Assembly (NCBI GenBank): GCA_017557195.1
Contig: JAFZAL010000007.1
Location: 7,260 to 71,259, forward strand
Direction: 5' to 3'
Source: Thermoguttaceae bacterium
Lineage (GTDB): Bacteria > Planctomycetota > Planctomycetia > Pirellulales > Thermoguttaceae
DNA length: 64,000 nucleotides
A model generated the notes under the pieces. The model did not search any database and was not told the DNA's origin. It worked only from the letters and a program-made list of their open reading frames with translations. A program made the position numbers and the translations under genes. Numbering within the stretch: the stretch's first letter is position 1; each line of letters opens with the position of its first letter. Below are positions 37,517 to 46,500 of the stretch, one piece after another.

Positions 37517-38140
37517 TCAATCGTCTGGCAATTCTTTTTTCCCCCTGTTCTCACTTTCTGAGGCGGCGGATTCATTAGGATCCGTTGCTGTGATGTCGAT
37601 TATCTGGACATCTGATTTTTGATTGGAATGACGTTCGCTTGATTCGGAATAATAGTCCTGAGAACTGTCTTCTGAATTGTAATTGGAATCGTTTTGACTG
37701 TCGTCGTCCGAAGATGCGCTTGTAAACATGTGCATTCGAAACTGCGATTCCATGCCAGCTGGAATTTCAAAAAACAAATTCTGCAAAAACAGTTTGCGAA
37801 CAATCCATCGAATTGGCGGTAAAAACAAAAACAGACCTATAACGTCCGTTATCAGCCCTGGAATGATCATCAGTATGCCGGCGAACAAAATCAGAACTCC
37901 GTCTCGCATTTCGTCGGTTGACGAGATGTTATGCCGTTCCATGTAGAGAATGCGCTTCCAGCAAATAGAGCCTTCCCAACGCATGAGTATAATACCCAAA
38001 ATAATCGAACCCAATATCAAAGCCAGAAGAATCAAACTGTTGTAAGCCTGCATGAACCTGTACATTGTGTACAGTTCTGCTGCTACGACAATAAAAAACA
38101 CCGGCCATTTCCAGCCAAAAACTTTGGGCGATTGCTGCAT
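37517..38140 (-). CDS. fxsA: FxsA family membrane protein with an acidic/Ser-rich C-terminal tail
   Basis: FxsA signature IPGLITDVIGLFLFLPPIRWIVRK. I prefer the ATG at 38140 (MQQSPKVFGW...), which lies 1 nt after the upstream stop, over the ORF-track start at 38206, which overlaps the upstream gene by 65 nt. Confidence 0.8.
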   Translation of the reverse strand: MQQSPKVFGWKWPVFFIVVAAELYTMYRFMQAYNSLILLALILGSIILGIILMRWEGSICWKRILYMERHNISSTDEMRDGVLILFAGILMIIPGLITDVIGLFLFLPPIRWIVRKLFLQNLFFEIPAGMESQFRMHMFTSASSDDDSQNDSNYNSEDSSQDYYSESSERHSNQKSDVQIIDITATDPNESAASESENRGKKELPDD

Positions 38141-38141
38141 A

Positions 38142-39287
38142 TTATAAAAATGACTGTTGTAACGCGTCGATGAGTTGGTCAACGTCTGACTCGTTATTAA
38201 ATCCATGAACGGAAACCCGGAATCCTCCGTTTCGCACCGTCAATTCTACTCCTTTTTCTACGAATTTTTGAGCAATAAGTGCGAGTTTTTCTTCTCCAAT
38301 TTCAGGAATTCTAAAGAAAATTATACCAGAACCGTGAAGAAAGTCATTTTCTTGAGAAATATCTGTTTTAAATTCGACAGGGAACTGCTGAAGCCGTTCG
38401 ATTAAATACCGGCGGATTTTAAGTATTTGATTTGTAATGGTTTCCTGCCCGTATTTGAAGATTGTTTTCAGAGAATCCGTCATCGTCAGCCAGGCGGGCG
38501 TGGCGGTGGTGGCGGTCATAAACCGCTGAGCGTTTTTCATTTCCGGCCAGTCAGAACGCGAGAAATCAGTATGGTTTTCCACAGACGCCCAGCCGAAATT
38601 GATGTTGCGTAATAAACCGTTGACTGCGTTTTTGCAGTAGAAGAATCCGGAGCCTTGAGCGCTCAAAAGCCATTTCTGCGCACCGACGGAGAGGAAGTCG
38701 ACGTCTGTGTCTTTGACGTCAAAGGGGAACGCGCCCATGCCTTGAATGCCGTCTACGCACAGCAGCGCGCCGTGGGAGTGAACCATCTCGGCGATTTCCT
38801 TGATATTGGCGCGCCAGCCGGTGCAATAGCTCACCCAGCTGACGGAAACCAGACGCGTGCGCTTGTCGATGTACGGTTCCAGCGCCGCGGCGGTCAGTTT
38901 GCCGTCTGGAAGCGGGACTCGGCGCGGCTCCACGCCCCGATTGGCGAGAAACGTCCACGGGTAAATATTGGCGGGGAACTCGTTGTCCGGAAAGACGACG
39001 TTGTCGCCCGGCTCCCATGGCAACCCTTCCGCGACGATTTTCAGTCCCTCGGACGTGGAACGAGTCAGCGCAATTTCGTCGTCCTGAGCGTTGACCAGCT
39101 TTGCGGAAAGCGGAATGGCGCGGAGCATTTTCTCGTACCACAGCGGCCAGTATTTAGACGCTCCGTTGGTTGACTGCTGCGTCCAGCTCAACATGCCAAA
39201 GAATACGGAGTTGGAAAAGGGACCTAATGAAGCGCTGTTGAAATAGCAGATGTTCTCACAAATTGGGAATTCGTCGCGAAATGACAT
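38142..39287 (-). CDS. class V aminotransferase-fold PLP enzyme (cysteine desulfurase / epimerase-like)
   Basis: 381 aa. N-terminus YFNSASLGP. Candidate PLP-lysine region DFLSVGAQKWLLSAQGSGFFY. Substrate specificity is not determinable here. Confidence 0.8.
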   Translation of the reverse strand: MSFRDEFPICENICYFNSASLGPFSNSVFFGMLSWTQQSTNGASKYWPLWYEKMLRAIPLSAKLVNAQDDEIALTRSTSEGLKIVAEGLPWEPGDNVVFPDNEFPANIYPWTFLANRGVEPRRVPLPDGKLTAAALEPYIDKRTRLVSVSWVSYCTGWRANIKEIAEMVHSHGALLCVDGIQGMGAFPFDVKDTDVDFLSVGAQKWLLSAQGSGFFYCKNAVNGLLRNINFGWASVENHTDFSRSDWPEMKNAQRFMTATTATPAWLTMTDSLKTIFKYGQETITNQILKIRRYLIERLQQFPVEFKTDISQENDFLHGSGIIFFRIPEIGEEKLALIAQKFVEKGVELTVRNGGFRVSVHGFNNESDVDQLIDALQQSFL

Positions 39288-39321
39288 GGGGGGAGTTTTT
39301 GGAGTGAGGAGCGCATTAAAT

Positions 39322-39412
39322 GAGTAGTGGTAAGTAGTTAGTGGTAAGTGGTTAGTATGATGAACGCTTGACGTCCTTTATATTAACCACTAAATACTTA
39401 CTACTTACCACT
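39322..39412. repeat. 7-mer-arm hairpin element (GGTAAGT / ACTTACC arms)
   Basis: Left arm gagtagtggtaagtagttagtggtaagtggttagt. Core gaacgcttgacgtcc. Right arm ttaaccactaaatacttactacttaccact. Confidence 0.8.
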
Positions 39413-39418
39413 AAAAAA

Positions 39419-40165
39419 TTAGCAGAACGTAACCTTGGGGTTCGCGAATCGCAGACCATCGCCGTCGTGATAGTTGGCGTATTCGGTAACGATGGTTCCC
39501 TGCGGTCCGCCCATCATGCAGTGCCAGGATTCCAGCTTTGCCAGGTGGCTGATGGAGCCGACGTGAAGTTCTTCATAATGCTTCAGATGAGTGAACGGCT
39601 GCTGGCTTTCCGGAACTGGAACGGGGAACGGACGGTTGTCTTCGCCGACTTCGGCAAAGTTGTAGATGCTTCCGTAGCGAACGTGCCAGGATTCCATCTT
39701 GGCGGGGTACTTGGTCGGATGATGAGAGTGTTCCGGAATCATCTGGAACGGGAGCAGATAAATGTCGTGTCCGAAATAGCTGAATCCCGGCTCGTTGCGG
39801 TTGAGCCAAATGATTCCGCCCATGCCGACGTGAGCGAAATCGCCGATGCCGCCTTCCAGAACCCAGAATTCGGCGTTGTCGCGGAATCCCTTCGGGTACG
39901 GATAGCCGAAACGATCGAACATTTCCATGTACGCGTCCTTGGCGCGGCCGGCGAGGAATTTGCCGTCTGCGTCATAGAAGTAAGAGTTGTCATAGACCTT
40001 AACGCCGTCTACAATTTTGTAACCGTCAGCCATTTGAGTTCCTTTCTTTGGGCATTGTTTAGCCGCGCAAGAGCCATCGGCTTTTGCTTGGTCTGAAATG
40101 AAAAGTGTACTTGCTGCCGCAGCCGCTGTAGCTGAAAGCATAGTACGTCGATTGATGTGTTCCAT
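39419..40165 (-). CDS. Tat-signal-bearing protein with cupin-like His cluster
   Basis: N-terminus MEHINRRTMLSATAAAAASTLFISDQAKA has a twin arginine plus a hydrophobic region. The motif PEHSHHPTKYPAKMESWHV resembles HxH...E...H cupin metal sites. Function is unknown. Confidence 0.6.
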   Translation of the reverse strand: MEHINRRTMLSATAAAAASTLFISDQAKADGSCAAKQCPKKGTQMADGYKIVDGVKVYDNSYFYDADGKFLAGRAKDAYMEMFDRFGYPYPKGFRDNAEFWVLEGGIGDFAHVGMGGIIWLNRNEPGFSYFGHDIYLLPFQMIPEHSHHPTKYPAKMESWHVRYGSIYNFAEVGEDNRPFPVPVPESQQPFTHLKHYEELHVGSISHLAKLESWHCMMGGPQGTIVTEYANYHDGDGLRFANPKVTFC

Positions 40166-40289
40166 TTTGAACGCCTCTGTTGTTAAACTGAAAAATAGTT
40201 ATTTTCTATTATTATGATTCATTTCTGTATTAATTGCAATAGGGGGGCATGGGATTTTTCGAAATTTATTTTGTTCAGCCCGGATCGCG

Positions 40290-40632
40290 GCTGTCTCCTG
40301 CCGCTGGAAAAATCTCACGCGGAGACGCGGAGGCGCGGAGGATGTTCGAGAAGTTTTAAAAATTTCTTTGCGATCTTTGCGGCTAAAAAATTCTTTTGCG
40401 GCAGGGGACTGCCGCCATCCAGGGAAGCGTTTTCGGCTGCGTCGGAAGTTTCTTTGTGTTCTTTGTGTTCTTTGTGATTAAAAAATTTCTTTGGCGGACG
40501 AAGACGTCCGCGAACCAGCGGGACGAGCGGGCTTTCCGCGTTCAATGATTTTTGGAGGCTTCCGCCGCAAGCTCTCCCCTCAAGACGAGCGCTTTGCGTA
40601 ATTACGAATTCCGCATTACGAATTACGCATTC
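40290..40632. repeat. repeat-dense intergenic tract (several short tandem repeats, a GC hairpin, a core and an ATTACGC arm)
   Basis: Contains cgcggag x3 (about 40317-40340), recurring tttctttgcg / ttcttttgcgg / tttctttggcgg, and tctttgtgt x3 (period 9, about 40451-40477). Also hairpin gcggacg-aaga-cgtccgc (40494-40511), core cgctttgcgt (40590-40599) and arm aattacgaattccgcattacgaattacgcatt. Confidence 0.7.
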
Positions 40633-40714
40633 TTTCATCCCCCCTTGATTTTCCCTATAAATGATATAATATAATAGAACTGGATTTGTTTGTTAACTAA
40701 AAGGAAATTATTAT

Positions 40715-42136
40715 ATGGAAATGTCGTTCGCCATATTGGCGGCAGCGGAGGGCGTTGCGGAACAGGCGAGTTCCGCGCCTCCGAGTACTTTGCCCGGTTG
40801 GGAAAACTGGGCGATACTGCTATTGAGCGTCGCGTGCGCGTTGGGGATATCGTTTTTGTGCTCCCTGTGCGAGGCTGCGTTTCTGTCTTTGAGTCCTGGG
40901 CAAGTCGAGGAAATTGCCGAGCTGTATCCGTCCCGCGGACTCGTCTGGACGAATTTCAAAACGCACATGGAATACCCCATTGCGGTTATTTTGCTGCTCA
41001 ATACAGCGGCTCATACCATCGGCGCTACCGTTGCCGGCGCACAAATCCATTATATGTACGGGAACGCGCAAGTAACGGCGTTTTCGATTCTCTTTACGTG
41101 GCTGATGCTCCAGTACACGGAAATCCTGCCGAAAACGATTGGCGTTCGCAACAACCTGTATATTTGCGAGCTGACGACGTGGCCCATGCGGGTTTTGATT
41201 TGGATATTTACGCCGATTGTCTGGCTGCTTTACTTGCTCAACAGACCGTTTGAAGGACCGAAAAAGACCTCGGATTCCGAAAGAACGCTCAGCGAGCTGG
41301 CGGCTCTGGTCGGCGTGGCGCAGTCGTCAAATTTGCTTGATAAAACGCAGGAACGGATTATGCTCCAAACGTCCAAGTTGCATCTGCGGACGACGTCTGA
41401 AATTATGGTTTCCGCCCTGGACGTTACGTTTATTTCGTCAAAACAAACGCTTTTAGAGGCGATTCTGGTCGCTCATATAGACCCTCACACACGGTTTCCC
41501 GTTATTGACGGCGACGACGTCAACAAGGTTTTGGGATACGTCAACTTCAAAGAGATGGTTGCCTGGGCAAGAACCAGCCCTGACGAACCAAACGTCTTGC
41601 CGATTCTTCGCCCGGTGAACTTCGTCAATGAAGACGAGGAAATTTCTGACACTCTCCATTTGTTTGTTGAGCGGCACGCTCATTTGGCGATAGTTCAGGA
41701 CGAGCAGAAGCAGACGCTGGGAATTGTTACATTGGAAGACATCGTCGAGGAACTTGTCGGCGATCTGGACGACGATTTCAACGCGGACGAGAAGATTCCT
41801 GAATCGTCGGACGGCGGGCGAATGGCGTCGCTGCCGAAGTTTATCAACGACTTGTCCGAGCACGTGTTTATTATCGGCGGCGGGGCGTTGATGAGCGAGG
41901 TGATCCCGGTTCTCAATAAAGAAAAATGCTGCGGCCGCTGGTACGGCGACGCGCCGTCGGGCACCATTTCCCAATGGCTTTTAACGCAAATAGACGGCCC
42001 TCTGAAAGCCAACAAACGGGTGTCGGTCAACGGCTGGGATTTCATCGTTCGACGAACGCGTCACAACAAGGTTTTTGACGCTCTGGTTCTGCCATACGGA
42101 CAGAACGAAGAGCTTCGGGAGGAACAGCAGTCATGA
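40715..42136 (+). CDS. CNNM-family transporter-associated protein (DUF21 membrane domain plus CBS pair; HlyC/CorC-like) with extra C-terminal domain
   Basis: DUF21-type N-terminus (FLCSLCEAAFLSLSPGQVEE...NTAAHTIGATVAG...YTEILPKTIG). CBS pair region (RFPVIDGDDVNKVLGYVNFKE, AIVQDEQKQTLGIVTLEDIVEELVGDL). Confidence 0.85.
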   Translation: MEMSFAILAAAEGVAEQASSAPPSTLPGWENWAILLLSVACALGISFLCSLCEAAFLSLSPGQVEEIAELYPSRGLVWTNFKTHMEYPIAVILLLNTAAHTIGATVAGAQIHYMYGNAQVTAFSILFTWLMLQYTEILPKTIGVRNNLYICELTTWPMRVLIWIFTPIVWLLYLLNRPFEGPKKTSDSERTLSELAALVGVAQSSNLLDKTQERIMLQTSKLHLRTTSEIMVSALDVTFISSKQTLLEAILVAHIDPHTRFPVIDGDDVNKVLGYVNFKEMVAWARTSPDEPNVLPILRPVNFVNEDEEISDTLHLFVERHAHLAIVQDEQKQTLGIVTLEDIVEELVGDLDDDFNADEKIPESSDGGRMASLPKFINDLSEHVFIIGGGALMSEVIPVLNKEKCCGRWYGDAPSGTISQWLLTQIDGPLKANKRVSVNGWDFIVRRTRHNKVFDALVLPYGQNEELREEQQS

Positions 42137-43236
42137 CGCAGTCGGATATTAACCATATCGTCCTGTTCGCCGGCGGGCTGACGCTGTCGATTGCCTGCTC
42201 AACGATCTGTTCGCTGTGCGAGGCGGCGCTGTTAAGTCTGACGCCGGGGCAGATTGAGGAATTCGCGCGTCGAAACAAAACCAAAGGCGCGATCTGGCGC
42301 AATTTCAAACAGAATATTCGCGATCCGATTTCCGCGATCTTGCTGCTCAATACGTCCGCCCATACCATTGGGGCGACGATCGCCGGCGCGCAATTTCAGC
42401 TGCTTTTTCATAACATCCCGCTGACTGTATTTTCAGTGGTCTTTACGTGGGTGATGTTACAATTTACGGAGATATTGCCCAAGACGCTGGGGGTTCGTTA
42501 CAACGTTGGCGTTGCCAGCATTATGACCCGTCCGATGCAGTTTATGGTTTGGGCTGCGCTGCCGTTTATGCGAATCGTGCGATTTCTCAACCGTCCATTT
42601 GAACGGGAATCGCGATCCGCGCCGACGTCTCCGACCGATGAAATTTCCGCTCTGGCGGGAATTGCCCGGCTGCGAAAACAGCTCGACGTTCATCAGGAGC
42701 GCATTTTCCGTCAGACCGCCGCGTTACAGGAACAGTATGCCTTTGAGGTCATGATTCCGGAGACGCAAATCAAGTTCATTTCCACCGACATGACGCTTGC
42801 GGAGGCGATTGACGTCATTCACGCTGACCCGCATACGCGGTTCCCCGTCGTGGAAGGTCAGGACGTCAACAACATTTTGGGCTACGTCAATTTCAAAGAG
42901 CTGATCGCCTGGTCGTCCGTCAACCCGAAAGCGCCCAACGTCCGCGGCGTTATGAGAAAGATTCATTTTATCGAACCGCAGGCGGAACTGTCGGACGTTC
43001 TCAAGTTATTTGTCAACCAGCACGCGCACATGGCGATTGTAACCTCCGGAGACGTCAATAAAAACGGCGAAGGCGGAGAAACGCTCGGTCTGATTACGCT
43101 GGAAGACATTCTGGAAGTCCTCTTTGGGGAGTTGGAAGACGAATTCGACGCCCCCTTCGGCGGCCGCCGCTCTTTCGCGACGCTGCAAAAACTGCGTGCG
43201 AAGAGAAACGTCAAAAGCAAGACGAGCGAGAATTAA
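42133..43236 (+). CDS. CNNM-family transporter-associated protein (DUF21 plus CBS pair), tandem paralogue
   Basis: Same motif set as the previous gene (ICSLCEAALLSLTPGQIEE, NTSAHTIGATIAG, FTEILPKTLG, RFPVVEGQDVNNILGYVNFKE, GLITLEDILEVLFGELEDEFD). Its ATG overlaps the upstream TGA as ATGA at 42133-42136. Confidence 0.85.
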   Translation: MTQSDINHIVLFAGGLTLSIACSTICSLCEAALLSLTPGQIEEFARRNKTKGAIWRNFKQNIRDPISAILLLNTSAHTIGATIAGAQFQLLFHNIPLTVFSVVFTWVMLQFTEILPKTLGVRYNVGVASIMTRPMQFMVWAALPFMRIVRFLNRPFERESRSAPTSPTDEISALAGIARLRKQLDVHQERIFRQTAALQEQYAFEVMIPETQIKFISTDMTLAEAIDVIHADPHTRFPVVEGQDVNNILGYVNFKELIAWSSVNPKAPNVRGVMRKIHFIEPQAELSDVLKLFVNQHAHMAIVTSGDVNKNGEGGETLGLITLEDILEVLFGELEDEFDAPFGGRRSFATLQKLRAKRNVKSKTSEN

Positions 43237-43308
43237 AAAACTACTCTGGACAAGATTCTGAATATTTGGTATACAGTCAAAAAACACTCCAAATATAAGG
43301 AATCCAAA

Positions 43309-44466
43309 ATGAACAAATACATCGTATTAAGCGCAGCTGCGCTTGTTATCAGTCTTACTGTTGGCTGTCAAAACTGCGGATATAAAACCGCTCATTGTTC
43401 GCGATATCAAACGCTTGTCGGAACGACGCGTCTGGCGTCGCCGCAGACGAATTGCCGTTATAATGCCTGCGGCGTCAGCAATGCTTGCAATACATGCAAT
43501 ACGTGTAATACGTGCGATACGCAAATGCTTGCCAATAACAGCCCGCTATATTCCAATGCGTACGCTCAGGATGCAAGCCAAAACGGATGGTATCAATCGT
43601 ACGCCGCCGAGAACGCTTCTTCAAGCGCCAGCTTGCTGGATGGAACTCAGCAGACGGCTCAAAGCGAAGCCCCGCTTCGCTGGCGCCGCGTTACAGAGGA
43701 AGAACAGCAATACGCCAACTCGGCAGTCAATCCGACGTCGGCTGGAGTTACGTCTGCTTTGAGCGCTCCTGCTTTTGGATCGCCCGCTCCTGCGTCTGCG
43801 TTAGGACCAAACACTTCCCGCAGAGCGACAAGGGGAGTCGCTTCCGCGTTGGAAACGCCTGATTATCCTGCGCCGAACGCGGCGTCTCAGTATCCGGGAC
43901 AATATCCAAGACAGTATCCCGGTCAGTATCCAGGACAGTACCCCAATTCTTCCCCCAGAGCGGCGAGAGGCGTCGCTTCAGCGTTGGATACGCCTGGATA
44001 TCCCGAACAGGCCGCCGCGCCGCAATATCCGGGTCAGTATGCTGGTCAATACCCAAACACTTCTCCCCGAGCGACCAGAGGCGTTGATTCGGCGTTAAGC
44101 GTTCCCAATCATCCGCTGCCTCCTCAGTATGCTGGTCAGTACCCTAACTCTCCCCGAGTTGCGTCTGGGGTGAATCCGTCGTACAACAATCCTTCGTACG
44201 GCGCGCCTACGTCGGGAACCGGCGAAGAACCGCTGCGTTGGCGTCACGCTACGGAGGAAGAACAGCAATACTATAATTCTCCCCACAGAGCGTCTGCTCC
44301 CATGAATGGAACGGATAATTCCGCTTACAGCGCTGACCAGTCCCTGACGGTTCCGGTTTATTCCGGGAATAACGCCGACGCTTCCCAAACGCAGGGAAAT
44401 TTAACGATGCCGGAAATTGACCCGAACGCTCTGCCATCGCTCAATCCGGAATCTGGAACGTTTTAG
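43309..44466 (+). CDS. repeat-rich secreted protein (possible lipoprotein)
   Basis: Signal-like N-terminus ending LTVGC. CNTCNTCNTC cluster. Four R[AG][AT]RGV[AD]SAL.[TV]P modules interleaved with QYPGQYP repeats. EEPLRWR..TEEEQQY occurs twice. Confidence 0.6.
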   Translation: MNKYIVLSAAALVISLTVGCQNCGYKTAHCSRYQTLVGTTRLASPQTNCRYNACGVSNACNTCNTCNTCDTQMLANNSPLYSNAYAQDASQNGWYQSYAAENASSSASLLDGTQQTAQSEAPLRWRRVTEEEQQYANSAVNPTSAGVTSALSAPAFGSPAPASALGPNTSRRATRGVASALETPDYPAPNAASQYPGQYPRQYPGQYPGQYPNSSPRAARGVASALDTPGYPEQAAAPQYPGQYAGQYPNTSPRATRGVDSALSVPNHPLPPQYAGQYPNSPRVASGVNPSYNNPSYGAPTSGTGEEPLRWRHATEEEQQYYNSPHRASAPMNGTDNSAYSADQSLTVPVYSGNNADASQTQGNLTMPEIDPNALPSLNPESGTF

Positions 44467-44505
44467 ACGGCAAGGGAAATAATAGTAGGATAATTCCTCT
44501 TCAAG

Positions 44506-45291
44506 ATGGATTTTGAAGTCAAACTGACGGATATTTTTGAAGGTCCAATGGATCTGTTGCTGTACCTTGTACGGAAACAGGAGCTGGACATTTGCAATCT
44601 TCCGTTAAGTATAATCACTCAGCAATTTCTGGAATTCATAAAGGTTCTGGAATTTATGGACTTCAACGAGATCGGCGAGTTTCTCTGGGTGGCGGCTCAG
44701 CTTATTGAAATCAAATCGAAGCAGATTCTGCCGGATGCGGAGGCGATTGAGCAGGACGAAGTTGAGCAGGACAAGACCTGTTTTATCGCTCATCTATTGG
44801 AATACAAAAAATATCGGGACGCGGCGGCGGATTTGGAACGCTCCGGCGAATTGATGCAGCAGAATTATCCGCGTTTGGCGAACGACCTTCCTCCGCGCGC
44901 TCAGAACTTTGCGGCGGAACCGATAAAACGCGTCGAGTTGTGGGATCTGGTCAGCGCGTTTGGGCGAATCGTCAAGGAATCCCAGGTCGATCCGCAAAGC
45001 CGAATTGTCAACAACGAGCCGCCCATTTACGTCTATATGCAGCGGATTCAGGACAAGCTCAAAACACAGGGAACGACCACGTTTTCCGAACTGTTTCAGC
45101 CTGGCATGAAACGCAACGCTTTAATCGGCACGTTTTTGGGTGCGATGGAACTTATTCGGCATTTTGGCGTTCAGGCTCAGCAGTACGAGCTGTTTGGAGA
45201 AATCTGGATTTCCAAAGGCGAACACTGGACCGAAAACCTGGATCTGTCTCAAGTCGACACCTACGGCTCAACGCCCACGCCGGCAGCATGA
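44506..45291 (+). CDS. scpA: segregation and condensation protein A
   Basis: 261 aa. N-terminus FEGPMDLLLYLVRKQELDICNLPLSIITQQFLEFI and C-terminus ALIGTFLGAMELIRHF are characteristic of ScpA. Confidence 0.88.
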   Translation: MDFEVKLTDIFEGPMDLLLYLVRKQELDICNLPLSIITQQFLEFIKVLEFMDFNEIGEFLWVAAQLIEIKSKQILPDAEAIEQDEVEQDKTCFIAHLLEYKKYRDAAADLERSGELMQQNYPRLANDLPPRAQNFAAEPIKRVELWDLVSAFGRIVKESQVDPQSRIVNNEPPIYVYMQRIQDKLKTQGTTTFSELFQPGMKRNALIGTFLGAMELIRHFGVQAQQYELFGEIWISKGEHWTENLDLSQVDTYGSTPTPAA

Positions 45292-45292
45292 T

Positions 45293-45379
45293 GAGTTGCG
45301 AGTTGCGAGTAACGAGTTGCGAGAAAACGCAAGCGTCCTAGCAACTCCTCTCGCAACTCGCAACTCGCCTCTCGCAACT
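45293..45379. repeat. 7-mer-arm hairpin element (GAGTTGC / GCAACTC arms)
   Basis: Left arm gagttgcgagttgcgagtaacgagttgcgag. Core ACGCAAGCG at 45327-45335. Right arm tagcaactcctctcgcaactcgcaactcgcctctcgcaact. Starts 2 nt after the scpA TGA. Confidence 0.88.
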
Positions 45380-45480
45380 TACTATACAGTTTTCATCTCT
45401 TTTTGTCGATAAGAGGATAATGGACGCTTTTTGTATAAGCGTTCGTATGGAATTGTGTTAATATAGTAAATCCAGTAAAA

Positions 45481-46170
45481 ATGGGTCTGTTTGATTTCTG
45501 GCGAAAAAAGGACGCACAGCCGGCAGCGACAGCTGACGGACAGTCGAAATCCGCTTCTTCAGCGTCGGATAAGGGCAAAGCGTCGAAACCGGCGAAGAAG
45601 ACCGCGTCTAAAAAATCGAAGAAAGCCGATCCCGGTCCAGACCCGCTGCAGCTAGCGGTTGACAAAATTGCCACTCGTCCGCAAGGAGAGTACGTCTTAT
45701 ACGATCAGGCGGCTAACCTGTTCCCGCATCGGATTTTAGAACTCGGAATCGACGATGGAGAGCGCATTTCGACCCTGCTTCAGTTTGGAACGCTGGTCGT
45801 TGATCCGGCGGAACTGCTCTATGTCGGCTTGGACTGGTTTGAGGACAGAACGGAGCAGCAACGTCCTGGATTGACGCTCAGCCAGGCGGCAAAACTGTTT
45901 GCCAAATTGGGCGTAAAAGCGAAATTGCAGCCGGGCGACCCACTGACGTCTTTTTTACCGATTGCCAATTCTCTTACGGCGAAAAAGGTGGACTGGGTTA
46001 TGATTTCCAGCGAAATTCGCCCGAAGGTTATGCGTCAGCTTTGGCCTCTGTTCCCGCGAATTCTGAAGCCGGAAACGAGATTCTTTTTGGAAAAAAACGG
46101 CGAATACAAGCTCATCGCGCCGGAAGAAGTTGAACGCATCGCCAAAAAGGCGGAAGATCTGAACAGGTAG
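45481..46170 (+). CDS. hypothetical protein with a Lys/Ser/Ala-rich N-terminus
   Basis: 229-aa ORF. Basic low-complexity N-terminus (KGKASKPAKKTASKKSKKA). The globular remainder has a weak Rossmann/methyltransferase-like ILELGIDDGE segment. The TAG stop lies inside the next repeat. Confidence 0.5.
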   Translation: MGLFDFWRKKDAQPAATADGQSKSASSASDKGKASKPAKKTASKKSKKADPGPDPLQLAVDKIATRPQGEYVLYDQAANLFPHRILELGIDDGERISTLLQFGTLVVDPAELLYVGLDWFEDRTEQQRPGLTLSQAAKLFAKLGVKAKLQPGDPLTSFLPIANSLTAKKVDWVMISSEIRPKVMRQLWPLFPRILKPETRFFLEKNGEYKLIAPEEVERIAKKAEDLNR

Positions 46171-46378
46171 TAGGCAGTAGGCAGTAGAGAATGCGTAATT
46201 AGTAATGCATAATTATGCAAGCTCTGCTCGTAATTCTTCTCGCAACTCGCAACTATTCTCCAGCCTGCCCATTCATTTTTAAAACTTTGCGAACTTTGCG
46301 TGAGACTTTTTTTAATTCCGAATTCCGCATTAACAATTACGCATTACGAATTACAAATTACGCATTACGCATATAACC
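46167..46378. repeat. compound element with four unit families (GCAGTAG, GCGTAAT, GCAACTC, ATTACGC/ATTCCGC)
   Basis: Runs gtagtaggcagtaggcagtag, then aatgcgtaattagtaatgcataatt, core-like atgcaagctctgc, then ctcgcaactcgcaact. Continues with ctttgcgaactttgcg and ends aattccgaattccgcattaacaattacgcattacgaattacaaattacgcattacgc. Confidence 0.75.
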
Positions 46379-46500
46379 GGACTTTTCGGAATATCCATCG
46401 TCAGCGGAAGAAAAAAAGATAAATTGCGATTAGACTCAAAATCTTCCGAATATTATTTCTGTTGTTAGTTAGCTTTGAAATAACGCAGCGAGGATTGATT

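Noticed and set aside
40214-40638. ORFs 40214..40477 (+) and 40315..40638 (-) in the long intergenic region
   Set aside because: They are composed of short tandem DNA repeats (for example an HKEHKEHKE translation) and repeat-element sequence. There is no start context or protein-like composition.
40166-40714. Possible M-box or other known riboswitch upstream of the CNNM/CorC-like genes
   Set aside because: I could not recognise conserved riboswitch core sequences by eye, and the region is dominated by tandem repeats. It is kept only as a low-interest finding pending an Rfam scan.
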